Assembly: GCA_030324005.1 (NCBI GenBank)
Contig: JARDVH010000132.1
Coordinates: 94,149,134 to 94,213,133 of the forward strand
Source of the DNA: Negaprion brevirostris
Lineage: Eukaryota
Length of the DNA: 64,000 nucleotides
Direction: 5' to 3'
The first letter of the stretch is position 1. Each line of letters begins with the position of its first letter. The translations under genes were made by a program, and so were the position numbers. A model generated the notes under the pieces. It saw only the letters and a program-made list of their open reading frames with translations. It was not told the DNA's origin and searched no databases. Of this stretch, positions 38,297 through 50,058 are shown piece after piece.

Positions 38297-38875
38297 TCAT
38301 TTGATTTATTGTCATATGTATTGGGATACAGTGAAAAGTATTGTTTCTTGCATGATATACAGGCAAAACATACCATTCATAGAGTGCATGGGGAGAAGGA
38401 AAGGATAGGGTGCAGAATATAGTGTTAGAGTTACAGATAGTATTAAGAGAAAGATCAACTTAATGTACGATGGGACCATTTAAAAGTCTGATGGCAGGGA
38501 AGAAGCTGTTCTTAAGTCTGCTGTTATGTGTTTTCAGACTTTTGTACCTTTTTCCCCAATGAAGAAGGTGGAAGAGAGTATGTCCAGAGCGCGTGGGGTC
38601 CTTGATTATACTAGCTGCTCTCCCGCGGCAGCAGGAAGTATAGACAGAGCCAATGGATGGGAGGCTGGTTTGCATGATGGACTGGGCTCTGTTCACAACT
38701 CTTTTGTAGTTTTTTTGGTAAGAGCAGGAGCCATACCAAGCTGTGATACATCCAGATAGGATGCTTTCTATGGTGTATCTGTTTAAAAAAAAATTCCTAA
38801 GAGTTGTGGTGAAAATGCCAAATTTTCTTAGCCTCCTGAGAAAGTCGAGGTGTTGGTGAGCTTTCTTAACAGCGC
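38297..38875 (-). mobile_element. Rex1/Babar-type LINE 3' end
   Basis: LPSIGSVYTSCCRGRAASIIKDPTRSGHTLFHLL..GKRYKSLKTHNSRLKNSFFPAIRLLN. Confidence 0.85.
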
Positions 38876-40278
38876 AAGTTTGTTTTACTAATTAATTCAA
38901 AATTTTTATGCATTAATTGTAGACCGTAATTTGTGCTCTCAAGGCATTTCTTCACTAACCTTACATAATGAATTGTGATTTGTTTAAAAAATTCAGCATT
39001 CATTGTCAGTTTGCTTTAATTTCTATTGTATTTTCAAAATTGTAGAGAATCATGCGAAAGAAGTTACGTTGTATCAAGCAAATGGGGAAAAGTATTTACC
39101 ATTATTATCACAATCATAACATTTACTGGAGTAGTAATTGAATTTCTATTTGATTACTTATTTATTTATGCATATTAGTTGGTTTTGTATTAATTAGTTC
39201 AGTACGGTCAATTCAAATATAATTCAAATAATTAGAGAAAGGTAAAAGTATATAAACTGATACACTTGCAAGTTTTTTATTCCCTTTCTTAGGCGCATTT
39301 GACTTTATTGTTGAGCTTCACGTCTGGTGGTCACTTCGAGTGCTCTTTCCTGGAGTGACCACTTATGTTATGTGAGCTTAGGTGTTCTGTATTTGCAGAC
39401 TGTTTGACTACAGTGGTCTACTGCAGTCAAGTCCTATCCCATGCTTAACCAATTTCCATTTCTGTTCTCTCTCACTTCCAGTGAGTGTTTCTGTGTATCT
39501 ACCATAATAACTTTGGCTGACTTTCCACTGTTGGTCCCAAACCAGTTGTGGAATCCTGGCCACTGTCTCAATGAGATCAGCTTCCTTGCCAAAACAGCGA
39601 ATGAGACTTGTGGCTGAGTCTCATTAGCTGTCATTTTCTGATTACGATGGCTGGAAAGTCGCTGGAAGTGGCTTCCTGTCCATTAAAAGTAATGCAGATT
39701 GCTCACAGGTCCCTGCTGCAACAACTGCCAATGTCCCAAGCACTAAGCATGTGGTCAGGAGAAGAGAATCCCCATTGAAGGTGGATGACAGGGTGGGACC
39801 AGGGCAGGGATGCCCTAAGATTTCCTTTGGGTCTGGAGAAGTACACTTAGTTTGCATGGAAATCAATTTTACTGCAATTAAAATGTACCTCTCCTGGCCC
39901 TGACTTTTCCTGGCAAATTTGCCTGGTGTGGGAACCATTACTTTTCAGGCTTCAGATTAAAATGGCAGAATTGAACGCAAAGAATTTTTTCACGTCTTGC
40001 ACATGTCTTTGCTGCTGGCAGTTTACAGTCAGATTTGAATGTAGCATTACCACGGTTACATTGTCAATAACAGCAGGTGCTGTAGTTGCTAGAAACATGT
40101 CATCTCTGACGTACTAAATCTAAATGCTTGATCTAGGTTTTTAAAAATAACTACATCTACAAATATATTTGAGGAGTTTTTTGGCAGACAGGAACCATTT
40201 TTAAATGTTTATAATACCAATTTTTGACGTGTAGGAATGCAACTCGTAATCATTTCAATTTCTTTTCTTGTCCTGCAG

Positions 40279-40416
40279 CAGCAAGACCTTGTTCAAGTAA
40301 CTAACCCTTTGGTCCATCAACTCTCAAATGAAAGCAGGGTTTCTCGAGCAGACTCGCTCTCTGAATTCTTCGATGCACAGGAAGTCTTGTTGTCTGCAAG
40401 CTCTTCTGAGAATGAG
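40279..40416 (+). CDS. OSBPL3: OSBPL3 coding exon carrying the FFAT motif (EFFDAQE, 40363-40383)
   Basis: cctgcag|CAG...GAG|gtcagt; 138 nt; QQDLVQVTNPLVHQLSNESRVSRADSLSEFFDAQEVLLSASSSENE. Confidence 0.95.
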
Positions 40417-41083
40417 GTCAGTGTGCTTGCTGCAGAAATGGTGCACTTACGACCTATATACAGGTTAATGATGCAGTGTGGGTTATCAGTAAGGAGCAGC
40501 TATTGGAATGTGATCTGACCTGAGTGTGAATTCTGTTCTCAACCAATATTTTTGCAGAACATGGTGAGTTTTTTCACATTTTGACTGAACCTAATAAGTG
40601 AAAATGAAAACTCTGAAATTTTTTCATTTTAGCCATTGGATGGTCATGTGGCAAGTCAACCCGAGTGTGATATCGGTATTTTCTATAAATATGCCTGAGT
40701 TTTATGATTTCTTATTGAGGAGAGGATTTTTTTTAATGCAGTCACCAGTGATTCAATGTTGCACCCACGCATTTCAAGTTTAAACAAACTTGTATGGCTT
40801 GCTGGCTACGAAATTGGATATCGTTGACCACACGTTCGGGTTTGGCTATTGTGGTCCACACAATGAAAAGGCCTTCTGATGTATAATATCACTGTTTACA
40901 CATGAGAGAAGTCCACTTTGAGACACTAATGTCAGAACTGATTACTTCAGAATAGTGAGGGGAGAGGCAAGGGATTTGGCAAGGGAAAATATATTGTTAA
41001 TAACTGCTGAAATTTTGTACACTTTAGTATATTAACAAGAATACATCATCTTTTATTTTAAAAGTGCCAGAAAATACAACTTC

Positions 41084-41340
41084 ACAGAATCATAGAATCC
41101 TACAGTGCAGAAAGAGGCCCTTCAACCCATCGAGTCTGCACCGAACACAATCCCACCCAGACCCTACCCCCATATCCCTACATATTTTATCCACAGTGTC
41201 CATCAAAGCGGCAGTAAAAGGGGCAAAGTCCAAGATTTCAACCTATCCTCTATACGAAGGAAGAGGTCCAGTGGGATCATCTCTGGACACTAAGGGGCAA
41301 TTTAGCATGGCCAGTCAACCTAACGTGCACATCTTTGGAC
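41084..41340 (-). mobile_element. HE1-type SINE 3' half containing a ~90-nt foreign insert
   Basis: Matches 2450-2637 except at 41194-41284. Confidence 0.8.
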
Positions 41341-41708
41341 ATCACAGGAACATTATAAAGCAAAATTTTGACACTGAACCACATAAATATTAGGGCAGAT
41401 GACCAAAGGCTTAGTCAAAGAAGCAATAAGGTGCATGCCACAGAAAAAAGTCAGGGAAAAGAGGAAATTGGGGCAGGGAGCTTTAAGGAGAGAATTGTAG
41501 AGCACAGGAATGTAGGGGGTCTTTTACTCCGTGGTGGTCTCAGCTATCACTCTTGGATGTGTGTGTCTCTTCTGCAGGTGGAGGAAACAGCAGAAGTGTC
41601 AGAAAGGGGCGACTTTGCAGGAGAGAGAAAGTGGGACACTGTTTATGCCTGACCAGTGAAGTCACTTGTGTTTTCGAAGCGCCTGATTTTGGAATTGTGT
41701 TCTAGCTC

Positions 41709-42800
41709 TGTAATCCACCAGAATGGAAAGAGATGAGTGGGTGACAGAAAAGACCAAATTTTATTTAGGAAGGAATAAAATTAACTGGACCTGTCAACAT
41801 GTGCACACAATCAATTACTATGCTATGGAAGAAAGAGACTATAACAACACAATGGATAACTTTAGGTTTACACAATTTTACACAATTCCCAACCACCTTT
41901 CCTCAACAGCTGGTTAGTTGGGGATTTCTGGGACTGTAGATTGTACTCACCGCTTCTGGGATCAGAGGAGCAGTACTGCCTTTAAGAAAAGATCAGGGCT
42001 GTCTTGCCTTCAAGAGACATGCACCTTTAGTCACATGGTCAAATAGGTATAAAATTCTTTGCTGTGCAACCCAGGCCTTCAGTCTAGAGTTGTCTGCTAA
42101 TGTGGTTTCTTGTGTCTTGGATTCTTGAGTAAGTACTTGTTGAATTTATTTCTTTTGCTGGCTGAAGAGTAATTTGAGTCTTTTTCTGTTGTTGGAGCCG
42201 ATAAGGAACAGAGTTGTGGCTCAAAGTTGTTTGGTTTTGTTCAGAGAAGAGTCCCTGTAGTTGTGGAGAAGTGAGCAACCTGTATGCGCCAGCTAAGAGT
42301 TCCATATTTTAAAAGATGCAGCCTTTGATTTTCTGGCAGCCTTCTCCCAACAGTCGGTTGAATTTTGATGAGAATGCTGATGAAGAGTGAAATGATTTTT
42401 GATGGTCCTCCGGAGGTGTTCGTCGCTTTCCCATTGAGATTGTTTTGCAAGACACAGCTTGGACCCAAACTTGTTGGATTTCACAGAGAACTTGGAGTCT
42501 ATAATGTGTACTGTCCATAGACGTTGTAATGGGTAGCATTGTTAGCCAGGTCTAACAGGGCTCATTTTTGCATAACTAGGAGGCTGGTTTTGCCATGATT
42601 TATTGTCCTTTGTCAGCTCAAGCAACTGCCAGATGGATTTGATAAGGCTGTGTCTCACTTTGTCTATTGATGCCTTATTTGCAGCCATTTTAAGTCCATG
42701 TGTTTTCAAACACAGAATTTTAAGTTTGTCTGTTGTTCAGCCAATTTTGTCCATATTCCACGTATGGTTTTAATGTCCATAAAAAGGTGGATTTACCTCA
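41709..42800. mobile_element. Possible solo LTR
   Basis: Terminal inverted repeat tgtaatccacc / ggtggatttac around ~1.1 kb of non-coding sequence; no clear TSD. Confidence 0.35.
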
Positions 42801-42811
42801 TCATCTTACAG

Positions 42812-43422
42812 GGTAGGTGGTGGAGCAATTTAAGTTTTAAAGAGAAGTTGAATAGACTTGGGTTGTTTTCTCTGGAGCAGAGAAACTGAGGGGCGATCTT
42901 AGTCTGATTGAGGCGTTCAAGATTGAGGTGCATGGACAGGATGGATCGGGAGCAGCTGTTCCCCTTAACTGAGTCAGTTACAAGGGGACATAAATTAAAA
43001 GTGAGGGCTGAGAGGTTTAGGGGGATTTGAGGAAAAACTTTTTTACCTAGAAGGTGGTGCACTTTAAAAAGAACTTGGATGAGTACTTGGCACATTATAA
43101 CATTGAAGGTGATGGGCCAAGTGCTGGCAAGTGGAATTAGGTGGGCAGGTCTTTTGGTTTGATTTATTATTGTCACATGTATTAACGGACAGAGAGAAGT
43201 TTTATTTCTTGCGCGCTATGCAGACAAAATATATCATTCATAGAGAAGGAAACGAGAATGCAGAATGTAGTATTACAGTCATAGCTAGGGTGTAGGGAAA
43301 GATCAACTTAATGCAAGATAGGTACATTCAAAATTCTGACAGCAGCAGGAAAGAAGCTGTTTGGGCCTTTCAGTGCAGACTTGATGGGCTGAAGGGCCTC
43401 TTCTGCACTACAGTATTCTGTG
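42812..43422 (+). mobile_element. CR1 3' end with a Rex1-type tail (43152-43360, minus) inserted
   Basis: LSFKEKLNRLGLFSLEQR; the CR1 tail resumes at 43361 (gcagacttgatgggctgaagggcctc). Confidence 0.8.
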
Positions 43423-44520
43423 AATTAGTATCTGAGAAAATTAAAATTTAGATATTGCTTGACCCAGAAGCAAATGTGAGTGAGAACAGGGAGGATGAGT
43501 AAACAGGAGTTGGAGGGAATAATGACACAGGCAGCAGAGTTTTGAATAACCTCCAGTTAATCTTAGTGGGAGACCAGCCAGGCGTGCATTGGAATAGCCG
43601 AGTCCAGAGGCCACAGTCTGAATCTGGGCTTCGGAGAAGCTGAGGCAGGGTGGAGTTGGCAGTTGTCATGGAGATGAAAGTAAGGCAGTCTTGATGACCG
43701 AGCTGTTATGTGGTCTTGAGTTCATGGTTGCTTTCAAAGCTTGCAGCCAGTCTGATAGTTCTCAGAATTATATTATGGAGAAGGGATCGAATCAATAAAT
43801 AAGGAATGAAGTTTATAGCTGAACAAGAGCAGTGTTGGTGTCTTGGAGGGGGCAGAAACCTGATTTGGAGTGATTCAAACTGAGTTCTGGGGAAGATGGG
43901 CACAGGCTTGGGAGGCACCATCACATTGAAAACTTTTGGAGAGGAAAGTTTACAAATTGGGTTGGNNNNNNNNNNNNNNNNNNNNNNNNNNNNNNNNNNN
44001 NNNNNNNNNNNNNNNNNNNNNNNNNNNNNNNNNNNNNNNNNNNNNNNNNNNNNNNNNNNNNNNNNNNNNNNNNNNNNNNNNNNNNNNNNNNNNNNNNNNN
44101 NNNNNNNNNNNNNNNNNNNNNNNNNNNNNNNNNNNNNNNNNNNNNNNNNNNNNNNNNNNNNNNNNNNNNNNNNNNNNNNNNNNNNNNNNNNNNNNNNNNN
44201 NNNNNNNNNNNNNNNNNNNNNNNNNNNNNNNNNNNNNNNNNNNNNNNNNNNNNNNNNNNNNNNNNNNNNNNNNNNNNNNNNNNNNNNNNNNNNNNNNNNN
44301 NNNNNNNNNNNNNNNNNNNNNNNNNNNNNNNNNNNNNNNNNNNNNNNNNNNNNNNNNNNNNNNNNNNNNNNNNNNNNNNNNNNNNNNNNNNNNNNNNNNN
44401 NNNNNNNNNNNNNNNNNNNNNNNNNNNNNNNNNNNNNNNNNNNNNNNNNNNNNNNNNNNNNNNNNNNNNNNNNNNNNNNNNNNNNNNNNNNNNNNNNNNN
44501 NNNNNNNNNNNNNNNNNNNN

Positions 44521-44855
44521 AGCACTGCTGCCTCAACACCAGGGACCCGGGTTTGTTTCCGGCCTTGGGTTACTTTGTGATTACTTTGCACGTTCTCCCT
44601 AAATCTGAATGAGTTTCCTCTGTGTGCTCCAATTTCCTTCTACAGTCCAAAAATGTGGGAGGAAACCAGAGGTTAGTGGACTGGCCATGCTAAATTGCCT
44701 TTTAGTGTCCCAAGATGTGTAGGTTAAGGGGATTAGCGGGGTAAATGCAGTGGGTTATGGGGATAGGGCAGGGGCTGGGCATGGGTAAAATGCTCCGAAA
44801 TTCGATGCAAACTCAATGGGTTGAATGGCCTCCTGCACTGTAGAGATTCTATGGT
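44521..44855 (+). mobile_element. HE1-type SINE
   Basis: agcactgctgcctca..ctgcactgtagagattctatg. Confidence 0.8.
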
Positions 44856-45273
44856 TATGTGTCAAACACCCAATGGTATCATCATGAAACACTCTGCAGT
44901 CAGTATCCTTCAATATGGTCTAACCTAACCATTTCACCATTACAGTCTACAGAGACATGACTTGTTATAATGTTTCTCTTGGTCTGAGTTTACATTTCCT
45001 TTGTAGTTAGGTTGGAAAGAAGATCAAATTTTAATACCTGGATTGGATCTGTATAAATTTGATGAAANNNNNNNNNNNNNNNNNNNNNNNNNNNNNNNNN
45101 NNNNNNNNNNNNNNNNNNNNNNNNNNNNNNNNNNNNNNNNNNNNNNNNNNNNNNNNNNNNNNNNNNNNNNNNNNNNNNNNNNNNNNNNNNNNNNNNNNNN
45201 NNNNNNNNNNNNNNNNNNNNNNNNNNNNNNNNNNNNNNNNNNNNNNNNNNNNNNNNNNNNNNNNNNNNNNNNN

Positions 45274-45460
45274 TTTCCTTCCACAGTCCAAAGATGTGTG
45301 GGTTAGGTTGATTGGTCATGCTAAATTGACCCTTATGTCAGAGGATTAGTAGGCTACGTATGTGAGGTTACAGGGATAGAGCCTAGATGGGATTGTGGTC
45401 GGTGCAGACTTGCTGGGTCAAATGGCCACCTCCTGCACTGTAGGGATTCTATTCTGTGAT
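45274..45460 (+). mobile_element. HE1-type SINE 3' part after an N gap
   Basis: ccacagtccaaagatgtgtgggttagg..ctgcactgtagggattctatt. Confidence 0.75.
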
Positions 45461-45879
45461 TCCAAATAGATGTCCTATTCACTACCAACTATTTTATGCC
45501 ACTAGTAGAGTTGAATTTCAATCCTGTATCTTGGAATAATGAATAGGAGGCCTTGTCTTTAGTGCCTGCCTTTCAATAGCTGCTTGGAGGTGCATGGGAA
45601 CTCTGCATAGTAGATATCTTTTGAGACACTATCAGCTTCTCTGCAGAAGAATGTCCTGGGATTCACTGTTCAAATGCTAAAAAGGAGGCATCAAGATATC
45701 CTGCATGTCACCATGACCTGTCTCGTGATGAATGTGTCAGCGCAGGACTTTTAATCCGATTGTTATTCTATTGTGTTTGCATTCTGACATTACTCTGTTG
45801 TCCTGTATCAATACTGATGCTTGCTATTTTGGTGGATATTATTTTGAGAAGAGTGAATAATCTGCTTTTTCCGTTGTAG

Positions 45880-45973
45880 GCCTCAGATGATGATTCATAT
45901 GTCAGTGACATAAGTGACAATATTTCAGAGGATAACTTGAGCACCGACGCAGAGACGAACGCTCAGAATATAT
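45880..45973 (+). CDS. OSBPL3: OSBPL3 coding exon (acidic region)
   Basis: ttgtag|GCC...ATAT|gtaaga; 94 nt; ASDDDSYVSDISDNISEDNLSTDAETNAQNI. Confidence 0.93.
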
Positions 45974-46699
45974 GTAAGATTCTTTGGTACTTCAGCTCTT
46001 GGCTTCTTTTCTAGGAGGCACTTAGTGCAACCCAGATAATTATAGAGGATGCTGGTGGGCAAATTCCCTCTGAAGATAGTTTTATTTTTGTCAAAATATG
46101 TAATTGAGGAGGACACTTTCTACAGATTCTAATCTATTATATAAGCTGCAAACAGCTCCTTTCTTTATAAAATGTTTGGAATGCAATTTGTCCTTTCTGA
46201 TGGAATAACGTAAGACTGTGCAGTTTGTAATTTTTTCTCTTCCAATTTTCATACCAGTGTTGATCCTGAAGACAGTGAATCACACTGGGACATGATTCTG
46301 TGAATATTGGCAACCTTCAAGTGGCCAAAGGTTCAGTACTGCACATGTCAACCTAGACAGTGCTGTCACAAGCACATTTCAGGCAAGTCGTCAATTAAAA
46401 ATAGGAACCTTTATAAATTTTCTTCCCCCCCTCTTCACTTCCAGAGAATACTAAAGCTTGTTCTATTATCTTGAGAACCAGCTTGGCTAAGATGATCAAA
46501 ATCTGCACAAGAGCCAAGACCATCTAGGCCATCATTATCCCAATGTGCTATTTCCTAGTGTGTATATCGTTTGAGCCAAGTGTTAGTACTTTTAATGAGA
46601 ACTAGTGTACTGTCTGCTGGGAAGCTTGTTTTTATGAAGTGGTTCAATATGGAAGTATTGGTATGAGCCTAAGCAACGTTTCATTTTCTTAAAACACAG

Positions 46700-46947
46700 G
46701 CAATGCCCAAAATGGTACAGGTCACCTTACACGAAGAAGATCATGTCTGCCAGCTCCAGGACCAAATAATAGTAACATCAGCTTGTGGAATATTCTAAGG
46801 AATAACATAGGGAAAGATCTTTCTAAAGTCTCCATGCCAGTTCAGTTAAATGAACCAGTGAACACTCTGCAGCGCCTTTGTGAAGAGCTGGAATACAGTG
46901 AGCTACTGGATAAGGCATCTCAAACAGATGACCCATTTGAACGAATG
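46700..46947 (+). CDS. OSBPL3: OSBPL3 coding exon, start of the oxysterol-binding (ORD) domain
   Basis: acacag|GC...ATG|gtaatt; 248 nt; ...[72 protein letters not shown]. Confidence 0.96.
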
Positions 46948-47309
46948 GTAATTAAATATTTTGTTTTCATCTGCACAATGACTGTCTACAGTTAAGCTAG
47001 GGTGTGTATTTGACTGTGTATGTACAGTTTAGATAGAGATGACGAGATATTGATTCTCCATTATCACTCATGATAAATCAGAGGGACTTGACAGTAGAGT
47101 TTTCTTGTGCCTGCAAGACAATAATCTGTAACTGTGGGTTGATGCGATTCTCCGTCTTTGCTTTGTCTCTTTCATTTCAAGTTTCTTCCCTTGATGTGTG
47201 CCTTTCTTTGAGTTGATCTACACTTTTTATTTACAGGGCTAAATAAAAAAAACAGAAAATGCTGGATGTCTACAACTACCCAGGTAGCAGTCATGGAGAG
47301 GGAAACTGA

Positions 47310-49660
47310 GGGCTGAATTTTCATTAGGCGAGAAGCAGGAACTGGGTATCTTTTGAGTCATAAATCTGTTGCCAGTGGGAGAGAAAGTTCAGGTTTTCAC
47401 AGGGGTGAACCCTTACTTGGTATGGAGATGGGTTTCCATTTGGAATGTGTAGGAGTGGGAATAGAGTTGGGTCAGATGATGTCTGCGACTCTCTTAAACA
47501 CTGACCCATTCCCTCCCAGCCACCACTGAGGTTGCTTGTTGTCCTAAGGGAAGGATCCATGGTTTGTGCTATAGGCTTTACTAAAGGGAAGCCTGATGTT
47601 ATAGGAGAGTTTTGGAAGCCAGGAATGGGCAGACCCTTGATTCTTTGTGTTGATCTGGATCTACTGCTGGAGGCCATGAGGGTGTGGAGGGTGGTCATCT
47701 TCCTGGGCGGTGACAAGAGGAGGCCACCTCATGGCGCAACAGGGGCACCTCTCTCGGTTCAGCTTCACCTCCCTATGCTGTCTCTTCCCTTCTAATTTNN
47801 NNNNNNNNNNNNNNNNNNNNNNNNNNNNNNNNNNNNNNNNNNNNNNNNNNNNNNNNNNNNNNNNNNNNNNNNNNNNNNNNNNNNNNNNNNNNNNNNNNNN
47901 NNNNNNNNNNNNNNNNNNNNNNNNNNNNNNNNNNNNNNNNNNNNNNNNNNNNNNNNNNNNNNNNNNNNNNNNNNNNNNNNNNNNNNNNNNNNNNNNNNNN
48001 NNNNNNNNNNNNNNNNNNNNNNNNNNNNNNNNNNNNNNNNNNNNNNNNNNNNNNNNNNNNNNNNNNNNNNNNNNNNNNNNNNNNNNNNNNNNNNNNNNNN
48101 NNNNNNNNNNNNNNNNNNNNNNNNNNNNNNNNNNNNNNNNNNNNNNNNNNNNNNNNNNNNNNNNNNNNNNNNNNNNNNNNNNNNNNNNNNNNNNNNNNNN
48201 NNCTTCTAATTTCCTACTCCTCCCTACCAGGCTGTCCTTGTCCAGGGTCTTGCTGCCCTTGATTCCCATACTCCTCTGGAAAGTCATGTTATGGGGAGCA
48301 CAGATAACCACACAGAGAGACTGAAGACCTATTGTATGATCGGTTCAGGCACTGGAATCGCTCTATAGAAGCTTAATGGTTGTCCTTCTGAATCAGTAGT
48401 ATTAGCTATATTGTCTCTAGATCTGTCTGGATTCTCTTAAAAGGATGTTCTCATTTCTACATGAGATTTCCCTTCTCTCCTGGAATTAATCCATATTCTT
48501 TGGGTTTGGAGCGAAGTTCTGAAGCAGTCTTTTCTGACAAAGGGTGAAGGACTCATGACGGCTGCCGGGAAAGCAAACACACTCATGAGGGAAGCCCTTG
48601 TGGTGGTCACAGGCCAGTGACAAGTTGGACCTTGGAAGGAGCGGAAGTCTTTGCCCTTGATGGATCTCACTGGTCAGTCAGGGCCTTGATGACCACAGGG
48701 TGCAATTGATGTGCTCTGTACCTGGAGGAATCCAGCAACAGAAGCAAAATCCACTGCCCACTGTAGCTGTGAGGCTGCGTTTGTCGTGAATTGAATACAC
48801 TGTTCAGTTACGGCAAAATAGGGCATCAATTAGCTGTGCGATAGACTGGTATGCTGCCACTTCTGATCTACCCCTCGGGTCAGCTAATCCATGGAAGAAA
48901 CCAGAAGTGAAGAGGTTTGAGACTTTAGCAGCCAGTGGCAGGGCTGGTGACCACTCCTGCAAGGAGACCTTCAGTAAGGGCACAGATGTCTGTGACCACC
49001 TGCTGGAGAAGCGCAGGCACCTGTGATACTAGGCTGTCTGCAAGTAGTTCCATTTTCAACAGGAGATCCCATATTGAGTGTTTGGCCTCTGCCACCTTCC
49101 TACCCTCCTTTCCTTGCCTGTGCCATCATGCTCAGCCTATCCTATGAAGGGTATCACCTCTCATCACTGCAGAACCTAAGGCCTGATAGCCATACCCTCA
49201 TTGCCAACTGGAGCCTTTCTTTTGACAGGTAACTAACAATTGTCCTTGGTAGCATAGCCCGCTGCCAGGGGGCTTCTGCTCTCATTCCGAGTGCAGAGTG
49301 TCTATCCTCCCTATGCAGCACCAAGGGAACACCCTTACTCAGTTCCAAGTCTCCCTTAGATGACAGCTTAGGCAGCCATGATTTGTCTTTCCATCTTCAC
49401 CCATCAGTCTTCAGCTGGTCAGATTCCAATGGAAGTGGGGATATGTCCAGCACTTTTTTAAAAAAACAAAGTTAAAACTTCCAATATTTCGAAACTCTTA
49501 ATGAGCTTTTCAAAAACCTTAATTGGTCTGAGTTGGAGGGAGAGCTGGGTCCCTGTACCCCTGTACTGCCCTCCCCACTTCTTACTGTTGTTGGTGCTGG
49601 GATTGGCATCTTGGCACATTGCCTGGTCCTGTTGTCTTGGGGTTCTAAAACATTCAGTCG
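47310..49660. mobile_element. PIF/Harbinger DNA transposon fossil (Myb-like remnant on +, DDE transposase remnant on -)
   Basis: Left terminus gggctgaattttc, right aaaacattcagtcg. Plus strand DLDLLLEAMRVWRVVIFLGGDKRRP (~47650-47730). Minus strand AASQLQWAVDFASVAGFLQVQ../INCT../VVIKA (48681-48800). Confidence 0.7.
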
Positions 49661-49700
49661 ATTGTTTAGTGATGTTAACTCTCGCTGTCTATAGAGATGC

Positions 49701-49898
49701 TGGATGGGATTTTCCTCCCACTCTCTGGCAGATGGCGGTGTCCTACTTGCTGGTGGCAGGATCTTATGGTTCTGCCATTGCAAATGAGGTTTCCCATTGA
49801 ATGCACCCCTCGCCACCAGGAAACTTGCGTTGCGAGGGGTGGGGGGGGTGAACTAGCACTGTAAGATTCCACAGGCATAAATGCCAGCAAGATTTCAG
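49701..49898. mobile_element. MITE, inverted homolog of 21216-21425
   Basis: Shared internal motifs (ttcccattga, gcacccc, ggaaac, cttgctgg) in reverse orientation. Confidence 0.55.
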
Positions 49899-50058
49899 TG
49901 GCTGTCTGACCTGCTGAGTATTTCTGACACTTGTTTTCATTTGGCCTTTGCTTTCCATCTGGTTATTATTTCCTTAACTGTAATAATTCCCTAATCTCTT
50001 GCCTTAGCACTGTAACATTCTCTGCGTATATTTCTGATATTTGAGTGAATGTATATTT

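Noticed and set aside
43706-44612. Long ORFs in the track spanning X runs (also ~5.7, 12.1, 45.0, 47.7 and 51.0 kb)
   Set aside because: Artefacts of N gaps; no real coding information.
46258-46330. Strong acceptor (tttttctcttccaattttcataccag) in the short intron before the ORD exon
   Set aside because: All three frames hit stops and the nearest donor (aag|gttcag) is weak; a poison exon cannot be supported without RNA data.
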